The position numbers and the translations under genes were made by a program. Below the pieces are notes generated by a model that was not told the origin of the DNA, made no database searches, and was given only the letters and a program-made list of their open reading frames with translations. From Candidatus Magasanikbacteria bacterium GW2011_GWC2_37_14 (GTDB lineage: Bacteria > Patescibacteriota > Patescibacteriia > Magasanikbacterales > UBA922), in the NCBI GenBank assembly GCA_000990355.1, contig LBSX01000007.1:441-64440 (forward strand): a stretch of 64,000 nucleotides of DNA, given 5' to 3'. Position 1 is the first letter of the stretch; every line of letters begins with the position of its first letter. Shown here in pieces: positions 19,040-30,131 of this stretch.

Positions 19040-21232
19040 TTAATTCAATTCTGCCCCGTCAGTATACCCCTCACTCTCCAACACAGTCACTATTCTATCC
19101 AATCTAAAGTTAAGAGAATTGAAGACTGTTTCGTTTGGTATCCAACGTTTAACTTGTTTGGTAGCGTCAGTTGGGTTTGGCTCTAGACGGTAAACCTTAG
19201 AATTATTGGCGTACTTAATTAGGGTGTAATTAGGGTGGACAGTGGTGTTGGTTATTTCACTACCAGTGGTGTATTTGTTAAGTAAGTCTGAATCAATGTC
19301 TTCGATCCAGTTCCAAGAGTATTTAAGCGTGTTAAAGACTGCTTCGGAAGTAATCCAATATTTTTCTGTACCTAGAAGTAGGTAAACCTTTGGATCAGTG
19401 ACAATCTTTACTAGAGCACCATATTTAGGATCATACTTAGGGCCCCAGGGCATAAAGCCAAGGGTGTCGTTGGGGATAGTGTCTAGAATAGTCTTGGTGG
19501 TTGTCTTCACATCATTCCATGATGTGAAGTAGGTAAAGAAGACATTAGACTTGTTAAAGGCTCGTTTGGTGCATTCTGGAGTAATGTAGTAAACAGCAGG
19601 AGAGGTGGCCAGTTTGTAAGCAGATTTGGTAGTAAGAGCACAAGTGGTTGGTGGAGTAACTACTACTACAGGAGGAGTGGTAGTAACGACAACTGGGGTT
19701 TCGACGACAGTGGCCGAAAGATAATCAATACTATCGGAAACAACTGAACTAACATTAAAGCTAGAATCTCTAAATTTAACATAGACAGTCTTGGTACCAG
19801 CGCCAGTGGTTAAGAGCCAGATTTTACTAGAGTTGTAGGCTTCCCAAGTAGCGCCCGTAAAGTCTGAAGTATTGCTTAAGATCATTTGGCTAGCTCCCGA
19901 AGCAAGAAGGGTTAGCGTAACTTGGTTGGATTGTGCAGTAACAGCGTTTTCATTAATCTTGATTGAGATGTTGGTTGGAGGAGTGGTGTCGGAGGAACCG
20001 CCGCCATTTGGACTTGAATTGGTAAGGGCTGTAGCTGTAGAAGAATATGGGGAATAGGTTACGCCATCGTTCTTGTAAAGAGCAGCGACTTTAAAAGTGT
20101 AACTAGTACCAGGAGAAAGGGCAGTTACATCATAACTAAGATCAGTAGTAGTACCGATTAAAGTACCATTACTGTAAGCTACTTTGTAAGTAGTGTTAGC
20201 AGAGTTACCATTAGTAGCCCAAGCAACTTGAATGCTTGTTTTACCAAGAGTGGTAGCAGAAACTGTAGTTGGAGCAATGGCAATCGTACCAGCAGTAGCG
20301 GAACTAGCGGTAGAAGTGGCAGTAGAAATGTCATCGCCATTTTGTGCTAGAACTACAAATTGATAAAGAGTGTTAGTGGCTAAGTTAATCGCTGGGAAAT
20401 TAGCACCCCAAGTAGTGGTGGATTGCCAGATTGGTGTGCCAGCATTGGAAGCGCCAAGAGCGCTTAAGAAATACCCCGAAGTAGAATTGTAAATGGCATA
20501 TTCTGTGCCAACTGGGTTGGTGCCTACATCAATGGTAATGGGCATGGTAGAGGTGGTGGGTGTGCCAATGGTAGGGATACCTGGTGTAGTTGCGAGGGTA
20601 TACAAAGTAGCAGCAGAACTAGAAGCAGTCAAAACATCACTTGTATTTTTAGCTACCACAACAAAAGAATATTGGGTGTGTGTAGAGGTAGCCCATTCTA
20701 CAGCACCAAGAGATCCATCTAGATTAAGGTATAGATCACTACCGGTTTCGTAAACAGCAAAGTTAGTATCTGTAGGATTAGTATCGGCATTTACTGTTAC
20801 ATCCAAAGTGGTAATGGCTGGGTTATCTACTGTAGGAGCAACTGGTGTAGTTGCGAGGGTATACGAAGAAGTTGCTGGATCACCACCACCACCTTCGGCA
20901 GTTACTACTAAAAAGTATTCTGTATTGGTGGCTAAATCAGTAACAATGTAAGATAAAAAATCAGGAGAAGTAGTAGCTGCAGTTGTTTCCAAATTATAAT
21001 CTATGCCATCTAAAGAAGCCCATACACTATATGTAGCTTCAACACCACCACCAGCCACCCAGTGTAAAGTCATGGCTTCAGTGGAGGTAGCATCTACGTA
21101 TAGACCAGTGGGGGCGACGTTGGCAGCCAAGGCATTTGGTACTCCAACTAAAAATAAAAACAAAAATAATCCCACTACCATTCCCCAACTAAGGAAAGAT
21201 TTTGTGAGATTACCCAAACTACTCTTCAGCAT
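19040..21232 (-). CDS. Secreted Thr/Ser-rich fibronectin type III surface protein with CPR-type C-terminal repeats
   Basis: Signal peptide; Fn3 motifs (LATNTEY, LSPGTSYTFKV); GTKTVYVKFRD domain; KVYLL...KYWITSEAVF...W repeats. Confidence 0.8.
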   Translation of the reverse strand: MLKSSLGNLTKSFLSWGMVVGLFLFLFLVGVPNALAANVAPTGLYVDATSTEAMTLHWVAGGGVEATYSVWASLDGIDYNLETTAATTSPDFLSYIVTDLATNTEYFLVVTAEGGGGDPATSSYTLATTPVAPTVDNPAITTLDVTVNADTNPTDTNFAVYETGSDLYLNLDGSLGAVEWATSTHTQYSFVVVAKNTSDVLTASSSAATLYTLATTPGIPTIGTPTTSTMPITIDVGTNPVGTEYAIYNSTSGYFLSALGASNAGTPIWQSTTTWGANFPAINLATNTLYQFVVLAQNGDDISTATSTASSATAGTIAIAPTTVSATTLGKTSIQVAWATNGNSANTTYKVAYSNGTLIGTTTDLSYDVTALSPGTSYTFKVAALYKNDGVTYSPYSSTATALTNSSPNGGGSSDTTPPTNISIKINENAVTAQSNQVTLTLLASGASQMILSNTSDFTGATWEAYNSSKIWLLTTGAGTKTVYVKFRDSSFNVSSVVSDSIDYLSATVVETPVVVTTTPPVVVVTPPTTCALTTKSAYKLATSPAVYYITPECTKRAFNKSNVFFTYFTSWNDVKTTTKTILDTIPNDTLGFMPWGPKYDPKYGALVKIVTDPKVYLLLGTEKYWITSEAVFNTLKYSWNWIEDIDSDLLNKYTTGSEITNTTVHPNYTLIKYANNSKVYRLEPNPTDATKQVKRWIPNETVFNSLNFRLDRIVTVLESEGYTDGAELN

Positions 21233-21352
21233 ATTTTTTATATATATGTAAAATTTTCATTTAAATGATTAAATGAAAACTAATATAATTATTAATTCAA
21301 AACTATTATACCAAAAATACTCTGTTAATAACACTATACTGTGGATAACTGT

Positions 21353-22792
21353 TTATTTTACCTCTCTAACTTCCAATAAATTTACATGCCCAGCTTGACC
21401 CACTGGTTCTCCAGAAACTACAATTACCTTATCACCTTTTTTAACTAATTTTAATTTTTTTACAAACAACATTGAGCGTTGGACTAATTCTTCTATTGTA
21501 TAACAGGGATTTAACACGAACGGCTCTACACCCCAAGACAAATTAAGTTGATTACGTACTCTTTCGGTACTAGTGGCCACCACAATTGGTAATTCTGGAC
21601 GATGACGAGAAATAAGTCGGGCAGTTTCTCCGGTAATTGAAGCGGCTAAAATTATTTTAGCACCAACTTTTTGGGCTAGCATTTTTGACATTTCACTTAC
21701 TACCTCATCTATTCTTTTTTGTTTTTTAACATATTTACTATTTTCTAAATCATCATAAACCGAATTTTCAGTTTCCATAATAATACTCGCCATCATCTGC
21801 ACAGTTTCGACTGGAAAACGTCCTACCGATGTTTCATTAGAAAGCATTACCGCGTCAGTATGTTCAATTACTGCGTTGGCCACGTCGCTCACTTCGGCTC
21901 GTGTCGGCCGAGGATTATTTTGCATAGAATCCAACATTTGAGTAGCCACAATTACTGGTTTGGCCATAAGCAAACACTCATCAATTAATTGTTTTTGCAC
22001 CAAAGGTACTTTTTCTGGAGGAATTTCTACGCCCAAATCCCCTCTAGCAATCATAATCCCATCTACTACTTCCAAAATTTCTTTAATATTTTTTACTGCT
22101 TGTTGTCTTTCAATTTTTGCAATAATTCTAATTGGTTGAATTGATTTTATTTTAAATTTCTTTTCATACTCTTCAATCAAAAAACGTAAATCCAAAATAT
22201 CTTGGGCACTATTTACAAAAGACAAATCTACAATATCCACTTTATTTTTTACGCCAAATTTTAAATCTTCTTTATCTTTGTCCGACAAAGCACTAATTCC
22301 CAATTTACTATCTGGTAAATTTATACCTTTGTTTGATTGCAACACTCCGCCATTTATTACCTCGGCTATAATACGTGTGTCAACCACTGACTTAATTACC
22401 GCGCCCATTCGCCCATCATCAAAAAACATTCTTTCACCTTTTTTTAAATATTTGTGTAAATCAGAAAAACGAATAGGAATAATTGCACCCGACATTTTGG
22501 TCAAAGAAGTGTCAAATTTAATTTCTGTTTTGTCTTTTAATTTTATTCCTTCTTTGGGTAATTCTCCTACTCTAATTTTTGGTCCTTCCAAATCTTGAAT
22601 AATAGTAATAGTTTTACCAGTTTTTTTACTAACAATTTTTAAATTTTTAATAATTTGCAAATGACTTTCATGAGTACCATGTGCAAAATTAAGCCGAGCA
22701 CAATTCATGCCGGCCAAAACCATTTTTTCTAAAGTAGCCAACGACGAAGAAGCTGGCCCCAAAGTACAAACTATTTTTGTTCGTTTACGCAT
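21353..22792 (-). CDS. pyk: Pyruvate kinase
   Basis: RTKIVCTLGPAS, RLNFAHG, IAKIE, MIARGDLGVE, ATQMLDSM, DAVMLS. Confidence 0.97.
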   Translation of the reverse strand: MRKRTKIVCTLGPASSSLATLEKMVLAGMNCARLNFAHGTHESHLQIIKNLKIVSKKTGKTITIIQDLEGPKIRVGELPKEGIKLKDKTEIKFDTSLTKMSGAIIPIRFSDLHKYLKKGERMFFDDGRMGAVIKSVVDTRIIAEVINGGVLQSNKGINLPDSKLGISALSDKDKEDLKFGVKNKVDIVDLSFVNSAQDILDLRFLIEEYEKKFKIKSIQPIRIIAKIERQQAVKNIKEILEVVDGIMIARGDLGVEIPPEKVPLVQKQLIDECLLMAKPVIVATQMLDSMQNNPRPTRAEVSDVANAVIEHTDAVMLSNETSVGRFPVETVQMMASIIMETENSVYDDLENSKYVKKQKRIDEVVSEMSKMLAQKVGAKIILAASITGETARLISRHRPELPIVVATSTERVRNQLNLSWGVEPFVLNPCYTIEELVQRSMLFVKKLKLVKKGDKVIVVSGEPVGQAGHVNLLEVREVK

Positions 22793-22835
22793 AATAAAAA
22801 CAGTATACCATTTTTTTGGGAATAAAAAAAGAAAA

Positions 22836-24596
22836 TTACTCAATAAAACCACCGGCCTGTAAATTCCAAAGTCTACTATACAAACCATTTTTCTTTTTCA
22901 ATAATTTTTCATGCGTCCCCTCTTCTTGCAACTTACCATTTTCAATTACCAAAATCCGATCCATTTTCATAATTGTAGACAAACGATGAGCAATTACAAT
23001 TACCGTTTTACCTTTCATCAAATTATTCAATGCCGCTTGAATCAATGATTCTGATTCAGAATCCAAACTAGAAGTAGCTTCATCCAAAATTAAAATCGGC
23101 GCATTATGCAAAATTGCGCGGGCAATTGCCACACGTTGTCGTTCGCCACCAGATAATTTTATACCTCGTTCACCTACAAAAGTATTATAGCCCTCGGATA
23201 ATTCGCTAATAAAATCATGACAATAAGCCAACTTGGCTGCTTCTTCTACATCGGCGTCAGTTGCATCGGGCTTACCATAACGAATATTCTCTCGTAAAGT
23301 TCGATGAAACAAAACTGGATCTTGTGGCACCAAACTCGTTGCTTGCCACAAACTTTCCAAAGTAACTTTGGCAATATTTTGGTCATTAATCAAAATTTTT
23401 CCACCACTTAAATCATATAAACGTTGTATCAAACGCACAATTGTGGATTTACCAGCCCCAGAAGGACCCACCAAAGCTACTTTTTCCTGTGGTTTAATAA
23501 TTAAATTAAAATGCGACAAAATTGTTCGTGTCTCATTATAATCAAAAGTAACATTTTTAAATTCTATTTCACCTTTATTCACAATTAAATCTTTAGCATT
23601 ACGAATATCTTTTATATCATGTTCTTTTTCCAACATTTCTGTCATTTCGGCAGCATCGGCCAAATCTTCAAATATATGTTGGAGTAATCGACCAAAATCC
23701 CACAATCTCATAAAGAGTGATATTACATAAGATTGAACCAAAACAAAATCACCCACAGTAAATAAACCAACTCGCCATAATTGTACACCAAAATAAAGCA
23801 AGCCTAATTCCAAAGTAATAGCCAATAAACCCTGTACTGCTTCAAAAACATTGGAAAGATTCCAAGTAAACAAACGGATATTCCCTAAGCTATCTACTAC
23901 TTTAGAAAAATCACCCAATTCTTGTTTATAGCCATTAAACAATTTTATATTAGTATGATTAGTAAAAGTATCAGCCAATACTCCACTAACTTTTGAATCC
24001 AAATCACTGCGTTTAATATCATGTGGCAACTTAAATCTTACAAACAACCAATTTACTCCCATAAAAACTATTACCCACACCAACATCCCCACGCCCAATT
24101 GCCAATGATTTCTAGTAATAATTACAATAATCAAAATCACCTGTACTATTAGCGGTATAATATTAAAAATGGTTTTGTCAGCAATACTTTCAAATGACCT
24201 AGTAAATCTATTTACACGTTTAACAAGCGAACCAACAAAATTATTATGAAAAAAAGCAATTGAATGTTTATGCAAGTAACTAAAACAAGTACGTGACAAA
24301 TCAGCCATAATTTTTGCCTGAAAATAAGAGGCAAAAAAAGTGTTCAAACGAAATAAAATCCAAGCAACAAATTCCAACAAAGCCACTACTAACAATATTT
24401 TAATTAAAAGTGGCGCAATTACCGCTGTTGGACCAGGATTGGTTAATAAATCAAAAAACTTTTTATAATACAAAGGAACATAGGTATTAACACACCACAC
24501 AAAAATTGTCGCCAACAACATTATCCACCCACTCTTGGGGTAGACTTTTAAATGTTGCCAATAGTATCTCAATGTTGCTTTTACATTACTTTGCAT
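22836..24596 (-). CDS. ABC exporter, fused TM + ATPase (MsbA-like)
   Basis: TM region, GPSGAGKS, LSGGERQR, LDEATSSLD, AHRLST. Confidence 0.93.
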   Translation of the reverse strand: MQSNVKATLRYYWQHLKVYPKSGWIMLLATIFVWCVNTYVPLYYKKFFDLLTNPGPTAVIAPLLIKILLVVALLEFVAWILFRLNTFFASYFQAKIMADLSRTCFSYLHKHSIAFFHNNFVGSLVKRVNRFTRSFESIADKTIFNIIPLIVQVILIIVIITRNHWQLGVGMLVWVIVFMGVNWLFVRFKLPHDIKRSDLDSKVSGVLADTFTNHTNIKLFNGYKQELGDFSKVVDSLGNIRLFTWNLSNVFEAVQGLLAITLELGLLYFGVQLWRVGLFTVGDFVLVQSYVISLFMRLWDFGRLLQHIFEDLADAAEMTEMLEKEHDIKDIRNAKDLIVNKGEIEFKNVTFDYNETRTILSHFNLIIKPQEKVALVGPSGAGKSTIVRLIQRLYDLSGGKILINDQNIAKVTLESLWQATSLVPQDPVLFHRTLRENIRYGKPDATDADVEEAAKLAYCHDFISELSEGYNTFVGERGIKLSGGERQRVAIARAILHNAPILILDEATSSLDSESESLIQAALNNLMKGKTVIVIAHRLSTIMKMDRILVIENGKLQEEGTHEKLLKKKNGLYSRLWNLQAGGFIE

Positions 24597-24930
24597 ATAA
24601 CATTTTTGCCACATCTTCCAAATTTATCGCACTATTTACTGAATTACTAGCAGTAATTCCATTTAATAAACCACTATATTGCTTGGTAAATTGTTCCAAT
24701 AAAGTTGGTAAATAAATAAAACCCAAAATCGTTGGTACCGCAATCAAAACAATCCAAATATACTTAGTTATAACCATTAAAGTTAAGCGATTCTTAATTT
24801 TTTTATTTTGTTCATAAATAAGCTGAGACCATTGTAAATTTTTTACAAGCATTTCTTCAATACTTAATTTTTTTTCTTCTTGTAGAGACATAATATTTTG
24901 TGTCTCTATCTTATTTTTTTCTTCTACCAT
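24586..24930 (-). CDS. Conserved CPR-type single-pass membrane protein
   Basis: KNLQWSQLIYEQNKKI followed by a TM helix; carries a GTAGAGAC palindrome in-frame at 24882-24909. Confidence 0.75.
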   Translation of the reverse strand: MVEEKNKIETQNIMSLQEEKKLSIEEMLVKNLQWSQLIYEQNKKIKNRLTLMVITKYIWIVLIAVPTILGFIYLPTLLEQFTKQYSGLLNGITASNSVNSAINLEDVAKMLYAK

Positions 24931-24937
24931 ATTATTT

Positions 24938-25405
24938 TTATTTATTTTTTAATTTCTTACCACCTAATTCTTTAATCACCATTTCAAACTTACCTACATC
25001 TTCAAAAGCCCGGTAAATTGACGCAAAGCGCACATAAGCAATCTTATCAAACTTCTCCAAATGACGCATTACCAACTCGCCTATTTCTTTACTAGTCACT
25101 TCCCTTTTCTTTTTCTTTTGTATATCTCTTTCAATTGCCTGAATCAATCTATTAAAAGCCTCTTGCGTATATGGACGTTTGGTAAGAGAACGGACAACTC
25201 CGCTTTCCATTTTACTCCGAGAATAACCTTCGCGTCGGCCATCTTGTTTTACCACCACAATATCCAATAATTCCGCTTCTTCTATTGTAGAAAAACGGTA
25301 AGCGCATTTTTCACATTCACGCCGGCGACGAATTGCCAAACCATCTTGGGTAACGCGAGAATCTACTACTTTGGTTTCTTTGTAGCGACAAACAGGACAA
25401 AACAT
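24938..25405 (-). CDS. nrdR: Transcriptional repressor NrdR
   Basis: CPVC...VVDSR...RRRRECEKC..RFST, ATP cone, AYVRFASIY. Confidence 0.97.
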   Translation of the reverse strand: MFCPVCRYKETKVVDSRVTQDGLAIRRRRECEKCAYRFSTIEEAELLDIVVVKQDGRREGYSRSKMESGVVRSLTKRPYTQEAFNRLIQAIERDIQKKKKREVTSKEIGELVMRHLEKFDKIAYVRFASIYRAFEDVGKFEMVIKELGGKKLKNK

Positions 25406-25543
25406 ATATCATGAAAACATTAAAACAAATAACATAAAAACATATTTATATTTTATCATTCTTAACAGTTAAAGTAAAATCTCCCTTACTCGGGGAGATT
25501 TTAAATATGTTTTAATGCTTTAATGCTATTTTGCTTTCATGTT

Positions 25544-26863
25544 TTACATGCCCATCTTTCTTCTTATAAAAGCTGGAATTTCCAAATCATTATCATCATC
25601 ACTATTTTTTGATTTTACAGGTACCACAGGAGTTACCGGGAAAATAGTGCGAGGAGAAGATTTTTTAACCGTGTCTTCGACTCCTTCAAACACTGGCTTA
25701 CTTACAAACATTGTTCTTTTTGCTGGAACATCTTCTTCTTTTTCTTTTACTTCTTCTCTTCTCACTTCTTTTATTTCTTCTTTTTCTTTATCTTTTTTGT
25801 TTAATGAACTAGTAGAATAAAAATTTCTAGCACCAGCAAAAAAACTTCTGGTATCGTCTTCTCTAAAATTTGACACAATTTTACTAACACGATCTTCAAA
25901 ACCAGTAGCCACTACGGTTATTCTTACATCATCTTTCATTTCTTCGTCTATTACTGCTCCAAAAATAACCTTGGCATTTTCATCGGCAGAAGCAGTAATT
26001 ATTTTGGCTGCTTCAGCTACTTCGTGCATTCCCAAATTAGCACCACCGGTAATTGTAAACAAAATTCCTCTAGCACCATCTATAGAAACATCCAAGAGTG
26101 GGCTAGAAATAGCTGCTTGAGCTGCGTCTACTGCTCTATTTTCACCACTGCCTGTACCAATTCCCATTAAGGCCGAGCCTGTATCTCGCATAATTGCTTT
26201 TACATCGGCAAAATCCACATTAATTAATCCTGGCACAGTAATTAATTCCGAAATACCTTGTACTCCTTGACGTAAAACGTCATCAACAATTTTAAAAGCT
26301 TCTACCAATGAAGTTTTTTTATCAATAATTTGTAATACTCGATCATTGGGAATTGTAATAATTGTATCAATATTTCTAGATAATTCTTCATGAGCTTTTT
26401 CGGCGATAGCTTTTCTTTGTTGTCCTTCAAAAGTAAATGGTTTTGAAACTACCGCAATAGTTAAGATGCCTAATTCTTTGGCAATTGCTGCCACTACAGG
26501 ACTAGCACCACTTCCAGTACCACCACCCAAACCACATGTTAAAAAAACCATGTCTGCGTCTTTAAGAATTTCTCGAATTTCATTTTGTGACTCTTCTGCA
26601 CTTTTGCGACCTAAATCAGGGTCCATTCCTGCACCCAAACCACGAGTTACACCCTTTCCTATGTGTAATTTATGAGGCGCACTGTTGTAATGAAGTGCTT
26701 GGACATCGGTATTCATGGCAGTAAAATCTACTCCTCTAATTCCTGCCTTTACCATTCTATCAATGGCCGACCCACCAGACCCACCAATACCAATAACTTT
26801 AATTTTTGCGAATGTTTCAATTTCTGGTTTTACTTGTGGCATATGAACAATTTTTGTACTCAA
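25544..26863 (-). CDS. ftsZ: Cell division protein FtsZ (true start possibly MPQVK at 26842)
   Basis: GGGTGSG, NVDFAD, C-terminal LEIPAFIRR. Confidence 0.98.
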   Translation of the reverse strand: MSTKIVHMPQVKPEIETFAKIKVIGIGGSGGSAIDRMVKAGIRGVDFTAMNTDVQALHYNSAPHKLHIGKGVTRGLGAGMDPDLGRKSAEESQNEIREILKDADMVFLTCGLGGGTGSGASPVVAAIAKELGILTIAVVSKPFTFEGQQRKAIAEKAHEELSRNIDTIITIPNDRVLQIIDKKTSLVEAFKIVDDVLRQGVQGISELITVPGLINVDFADVKAIMRDTGSALMGIGTGSGENRAVDAAQAAISSPLLDVSIDGARGILFTITGGANLGMHEVAEAAKIITASADENAKVIFGAVIDEEMKDDVRITVVATGFEDRVSKIVSNFREDDTRSFFAGARNFYSTSSLNKKDKEKEEIKEVRREEVKEKEEDVPAKRTMFVSKPVFEGVEDTVKKSSPRTIFPVTPVVPVKSKNSDDDNDLEIPAFIRRKMGM

Positions 26864-26950
26864 TTAACCTTAAATAAAATAAGCGGAGTCTTACTCCGCT
26901 TATAGTGTATAATTTTTAACTCCCCTAGTCAAAAAACGATTGTGTATAAC

Positions 26951-28213
26951 TTAAGGGATCAAAGATTTAAACCAACCCTTCACTTGAGCCGAAACTTTTT
27001 CTACACTTTTTAATCCCGCGTTTCCTCCCCTACCCATACCAGCTTGCATGCTTGCGCCCCAACGCACAAGTCCTATTGCTGTAGTAAAAGATAAATCATT
27101 TATTTTTTCACTAGCACTCAAAATATCTAACGGATAACCCAAAGTCGCTGGTAAGCGTAATTTATCTTTTGCCAAATCTACCAAGCCAAAAATTTTTGCT
27201 CCACCACCAGTAAATACTACACCGGCTGGTAACAATGAGCTACGACCAATTTTATTTAATTCAGTTTCTATTTTTTCCAAAATTTCTTCCATGCGAGCAT
27301 TAATAATTTCTGCAATATATTTTCTACTTACTTCTTCATTTAGTTCTGCCCCAAACATTTTCAAATCAATCATTTCTTTTTTATTTAAATGTCCAGGATA
27401 ACATTCTCCACATTCAATTTTTACTCTTTCTGCAACTTCAATCGAAGTACGTAATCCTATTGCCAAGTCATTGGTAACATGTTCGCCACCAATCGGTAAA
27501 ACTGCAGTATGAATAATATCGCCCTCTTCATAAACAATTAAACTCGTGGTCGCCCCACCAATATTTACCACTATTGCTCCCAAATCCCTTTGTCTTGGTG
27601 TGGTAACCAAATCTCCCACCGACAAAACAGAAAAAACCAAATCATCTATATCAATTCCTGTACGATAAACAGCTTTGGTAATATTTTTTATATGTGAAGT
27701 TTGGCCTTCAATTATTTGTGTGTCAACTTCCAACCGCACCCCAGTCATACCCACAGGATCTTTGATTCCAGTTTGTCCATCTACCACAAAAGCTCTAGGA
27801 ATTACATGTAAAATTTCATAATTTAGTGGTGTAGCTACTGCTCGCGAAGCTTCAATTGCTCTTTCCAAATCTTCGGCCGTAATTTCTCCGTCAGCCTTGG
27901 CCACAGCCACTACACCTTTACTATTTTGCGATATTATTTGCAACCCCGAAATACCAACCCAAGCATGTTCAATCGGTACGCCAATTAATTGTTCCATTTT
28001 TTCTAAACTATGAGAAACAGCCGATACTGTTTCCTCTATACTAGTAATTACACCCTTATGAATTCCCTCCGAAGGTACTTCTATTAAACCAACTATTTGA
28101 AAACTAGTTTTTTCTCCTGGAACAAAAACCTGCTTGGCTACTGCCAAACGCACCGAAGTAGAACCTAAGTCAAGTCCGGTAATTAATTCCACGTGTGCTT
28201 TTCTCTTTATCAT
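26951..28213 (-). CDS. ftsA: Cell division protein FtsA
   Basis: GLDLGST, PVGMTGVRLE, GGEHVTNDL, VFTGGGA, amphipathic C-terminus. Confidence 0.97.
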   Translation of the reverse strand: MIKRKAHVELITGLDLGSTSVRLAVAKQVFVPGEKTSFQIVGLIEVPSEGIHKGVITSIEETVSAVSHSLEKMEQLIGVPIEHAWVGISGLQIISQNSKGVVAVAKADGEITAEDLERAIEASRAVATPLNYEILHVIPRAFVVDGQTGIKDPVGMTGVRLEVDTQIIEGQTSHIKNITKAVYRTGIDIDDLVFSVLSVGDLVTTPRQRDLGAIVVNIGGATTSLIVYEEGDIIHTAVLPIGGEHVTNDLAIGLRTSIEVAERVKIECGECYPGHLNKKEMIDLKMFGAELNEEVSRKYIAEIINARMEEILEKIETELNKIGRSSLLPAGVVFTGGGAKIFGLVDLAKDKLRLPATLGYPLDILSASEKINDLSFTTAIGLVRWGASMQAGMGRGGNAGLKSVEKVSAQVKGWFKSLIP

Positions 28214-28240
28214 AATAAGAAAATTTTATCATCTTCCAGA

Positions 28241-28600
28241 CTATAAAGCAATAAGATAAGGATAAAAAATAAAAATACCAATTATTAAAGCTACCAAAGA
28301 GGACAAAAATACTGCTCCGGCCATAATTTCTTTTATTAATTTTACTTGACCAGAGAGTCGTGGCTCTACTACATCCAAAAGTCTTTCAACCACACTGTTT
28401 ATTACTTCCATTATTAATACTAAAAAAATTAAAAGCAATAAAACAATTTTTTCACTCTTGGTTAAAGTCCAAACAAACATTAAAAAAATAACCAAAATAG
28501 CCAAGTAAACTTGTAGTCGAAAGTTTTGTTCACTTTTAAATACAGTTCTCAATCCATGTAAAGATTCTTTAAAACTAGAACCTAATCTTTTGAAATTCAT
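28241..28600 (-). CDS. dgkA: Diacylglycerol/undecaprenol kinase family protein
   Basis: EQNFR, EVINSVVERLLD, K.IMAGAV. Confidence 0.85.
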   Translation of the reverse strand: MNFKRLGSSFKESLHGLRTVFKSEQNFRLQVYLAILVIFLMFVWTLTKSEKIVLLLLIFLVLIMEVINSVVERLLDVVEPRLSGQVKLIKEIMAGAVFLSSLVALIIGIFIFYPYLIAL

Positions 28601-29025
28601 AATAATTCCTTTAACAATTTTTCTTGTGTAACAAACATTTTTTTAGCTTCTTCTTTTTTTAGATGATCATGTCCCAAAAGATGCAGAATACCATGAACCA
28701 TCATTCTAAACATTTCCTCCTCTACGTTAATTTTAAGTTCTCGTGCCTGTTTAATTATTTGCTTCTGGCAAATAAAAATATCTCCAAAATCTCTTTCTGC
28801 TTTTTTAAAAAAAACATTATCTTCTGTAGCAAACGATAAAACATCAGTTACCAGGTCATACCCCCTATACACTTTATTCAAATACTTTATTCTTTTCTCC
28901 CCCACCAAATGTACACTAAGCAAGCCATTTTTTTTAAGTTTCCCAAAAATCAAATTTACTAATTTTTTAATTTTTTCTTTTTTAAAAATTTCTTCTTTTA
29001 CCTGTGAAAAAACCAAACATTCCAT
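28597..29025 (-). CDS. ybeY: rRNA maturation RNase YbeY
   Basis: LNKVYRG..TDVLSF, GDIFIC, HGILHLLGHDH. Confidence 0.95.
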   Translation of the reverse strand: MECLVFSQVKEEIFKKEKIKKLVNLIFGKLKKNGLLSVHLVGEKRIKYLNKVYRGYDLVTDVLSFATEDNVFFKKAERDFGDIFICQKQIIKQARELKINVEEEMFRMMVHGILHLLGHDHLKKEEAKKMFVTQEKLLKELL

Positions 29026-29031
29026 ATATTT

Positions 29032-30129
29032 TTAAGGTGTCACTGTCGTATTAACTGTTGGTTCACCCAAAACAGCTTGTTCCGGAATTTCTACCAAAGT
29101 TTTATTGGGACGAAAACTTTGTAACATTAATTGCATAAAATGTCGATAACTTATAAAACCACTACTGTCTGTATGGTAAGTAATCACATACACTTTATCA
29201 AAATTAACAAAATAACCCACCAAATCATCTCCTCTTTTTTTACCATTTTCTTTAAAACGGTTAACAAAATCACTAAGATCAATAAACCTCTGACCCGTGG
29301 CTGTTTTAGCAAACCAATCAGCAAAAGTATCATTTTTTTCTTTGTCCACTACGTCTATTTCTATGTAATCACCATCACTAGCGCTAAACAACACTTGCCG
29401 GCCTTCTTCATCCACTGTGCCAATTTGCCAGGTAGCAGGATAATAAACACGATATTGCCACTTGGGATCAATATATTCCTGTACTACGCCAGAATCCACT
29501 ATTTTCATTGGTGCCAAACCTATTGGATTATAAAGATTATAAACTTCTTGGCCATCATAATAACCATCTTTATCTGTGTCCCATACACCACTATCTGTCC
29601 CCAAAGTTTCTTCTTCAAGGTCTGTTAAAGAATCATTATCCATGTCGGCACTATTGGTCAAAAATACTGGCAAAAACTCCAAAGTTTTAACTTTACCCAC
29701 CAAAGTAGAAGTAGTGTTTTCAACCAAAGTCGTGGTGGTTATTTCTTCTATCACAGAAACCTGTTCCGTGGTAGTTGGCTTGTTTGTATTGTCTGTAGTA
29801 ATTTTTGGTAGTTCTGGCTCAACAACTACTGGCTTAGCAAAAAAACCAGCCTGATTTAAATAATACCAAGTAATTACACCTGTCACCAACAAAAACACCA
29901 CACCAATTACACTATACAAAACAATTTTATTTTTAAATAAACCCGCCAATCGATTATTTATACCAACTTCTGGCAATAATTTTTCTGGTTTATTTTTTAT
30001 TTTATCTTTGTTTTGATAATGGATAACTGGATCTTTACCACCATAAAATTCTTCGGGTATCACCAACATCGGCACATTAATGGCCGTTTTAATTATTTCT
30101 TTGTTTTTCTTTCTGAAAAACATAAACAC
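29032..30129 (-). CDS. Bitopic protein with DxDxD Ca-binding repeats and PsbP-like C-domain
   Basis: TM; DMDNDSLTDLEE, DTDKDGYYDGQEV..LYNP; YRVYYPATW. Confidence 0.75.
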   Translation of the reverse strand: MFMFFRKKNKEIIKTAINVPMLVIPEEFYGGKDPVIHYQNKDKIKNKPEKLLPEVGINNRLAGLFKNKIVLYSVIGVVFLLVTGVITWYYLNQAGFFAKPVVVEPELPKITTDNTNKPTTTEQVSVIEEITTTTLVENTTSTLVGKVKTLEFLPVFLTNSADMDNDSLTDLEEETLGTDSGVWDTDKDGYYDGQEVYNLYNPIGLAPMKIVDSGVVQEYIDPKWQYRVYYPATWQIGTVDEEGRQVLFSASDGDYIEIDVVDKEKNDTFADWFAKTATGQRFIDLSDFVNRFKENGKKRGDDLVGYFVNFDKVYVITYHTDSSGFISYRHFMQLMLQSFRPNKTLVEIPEQAVLGEPTVNTTVTP

Positions 30130-30131
30130 AA

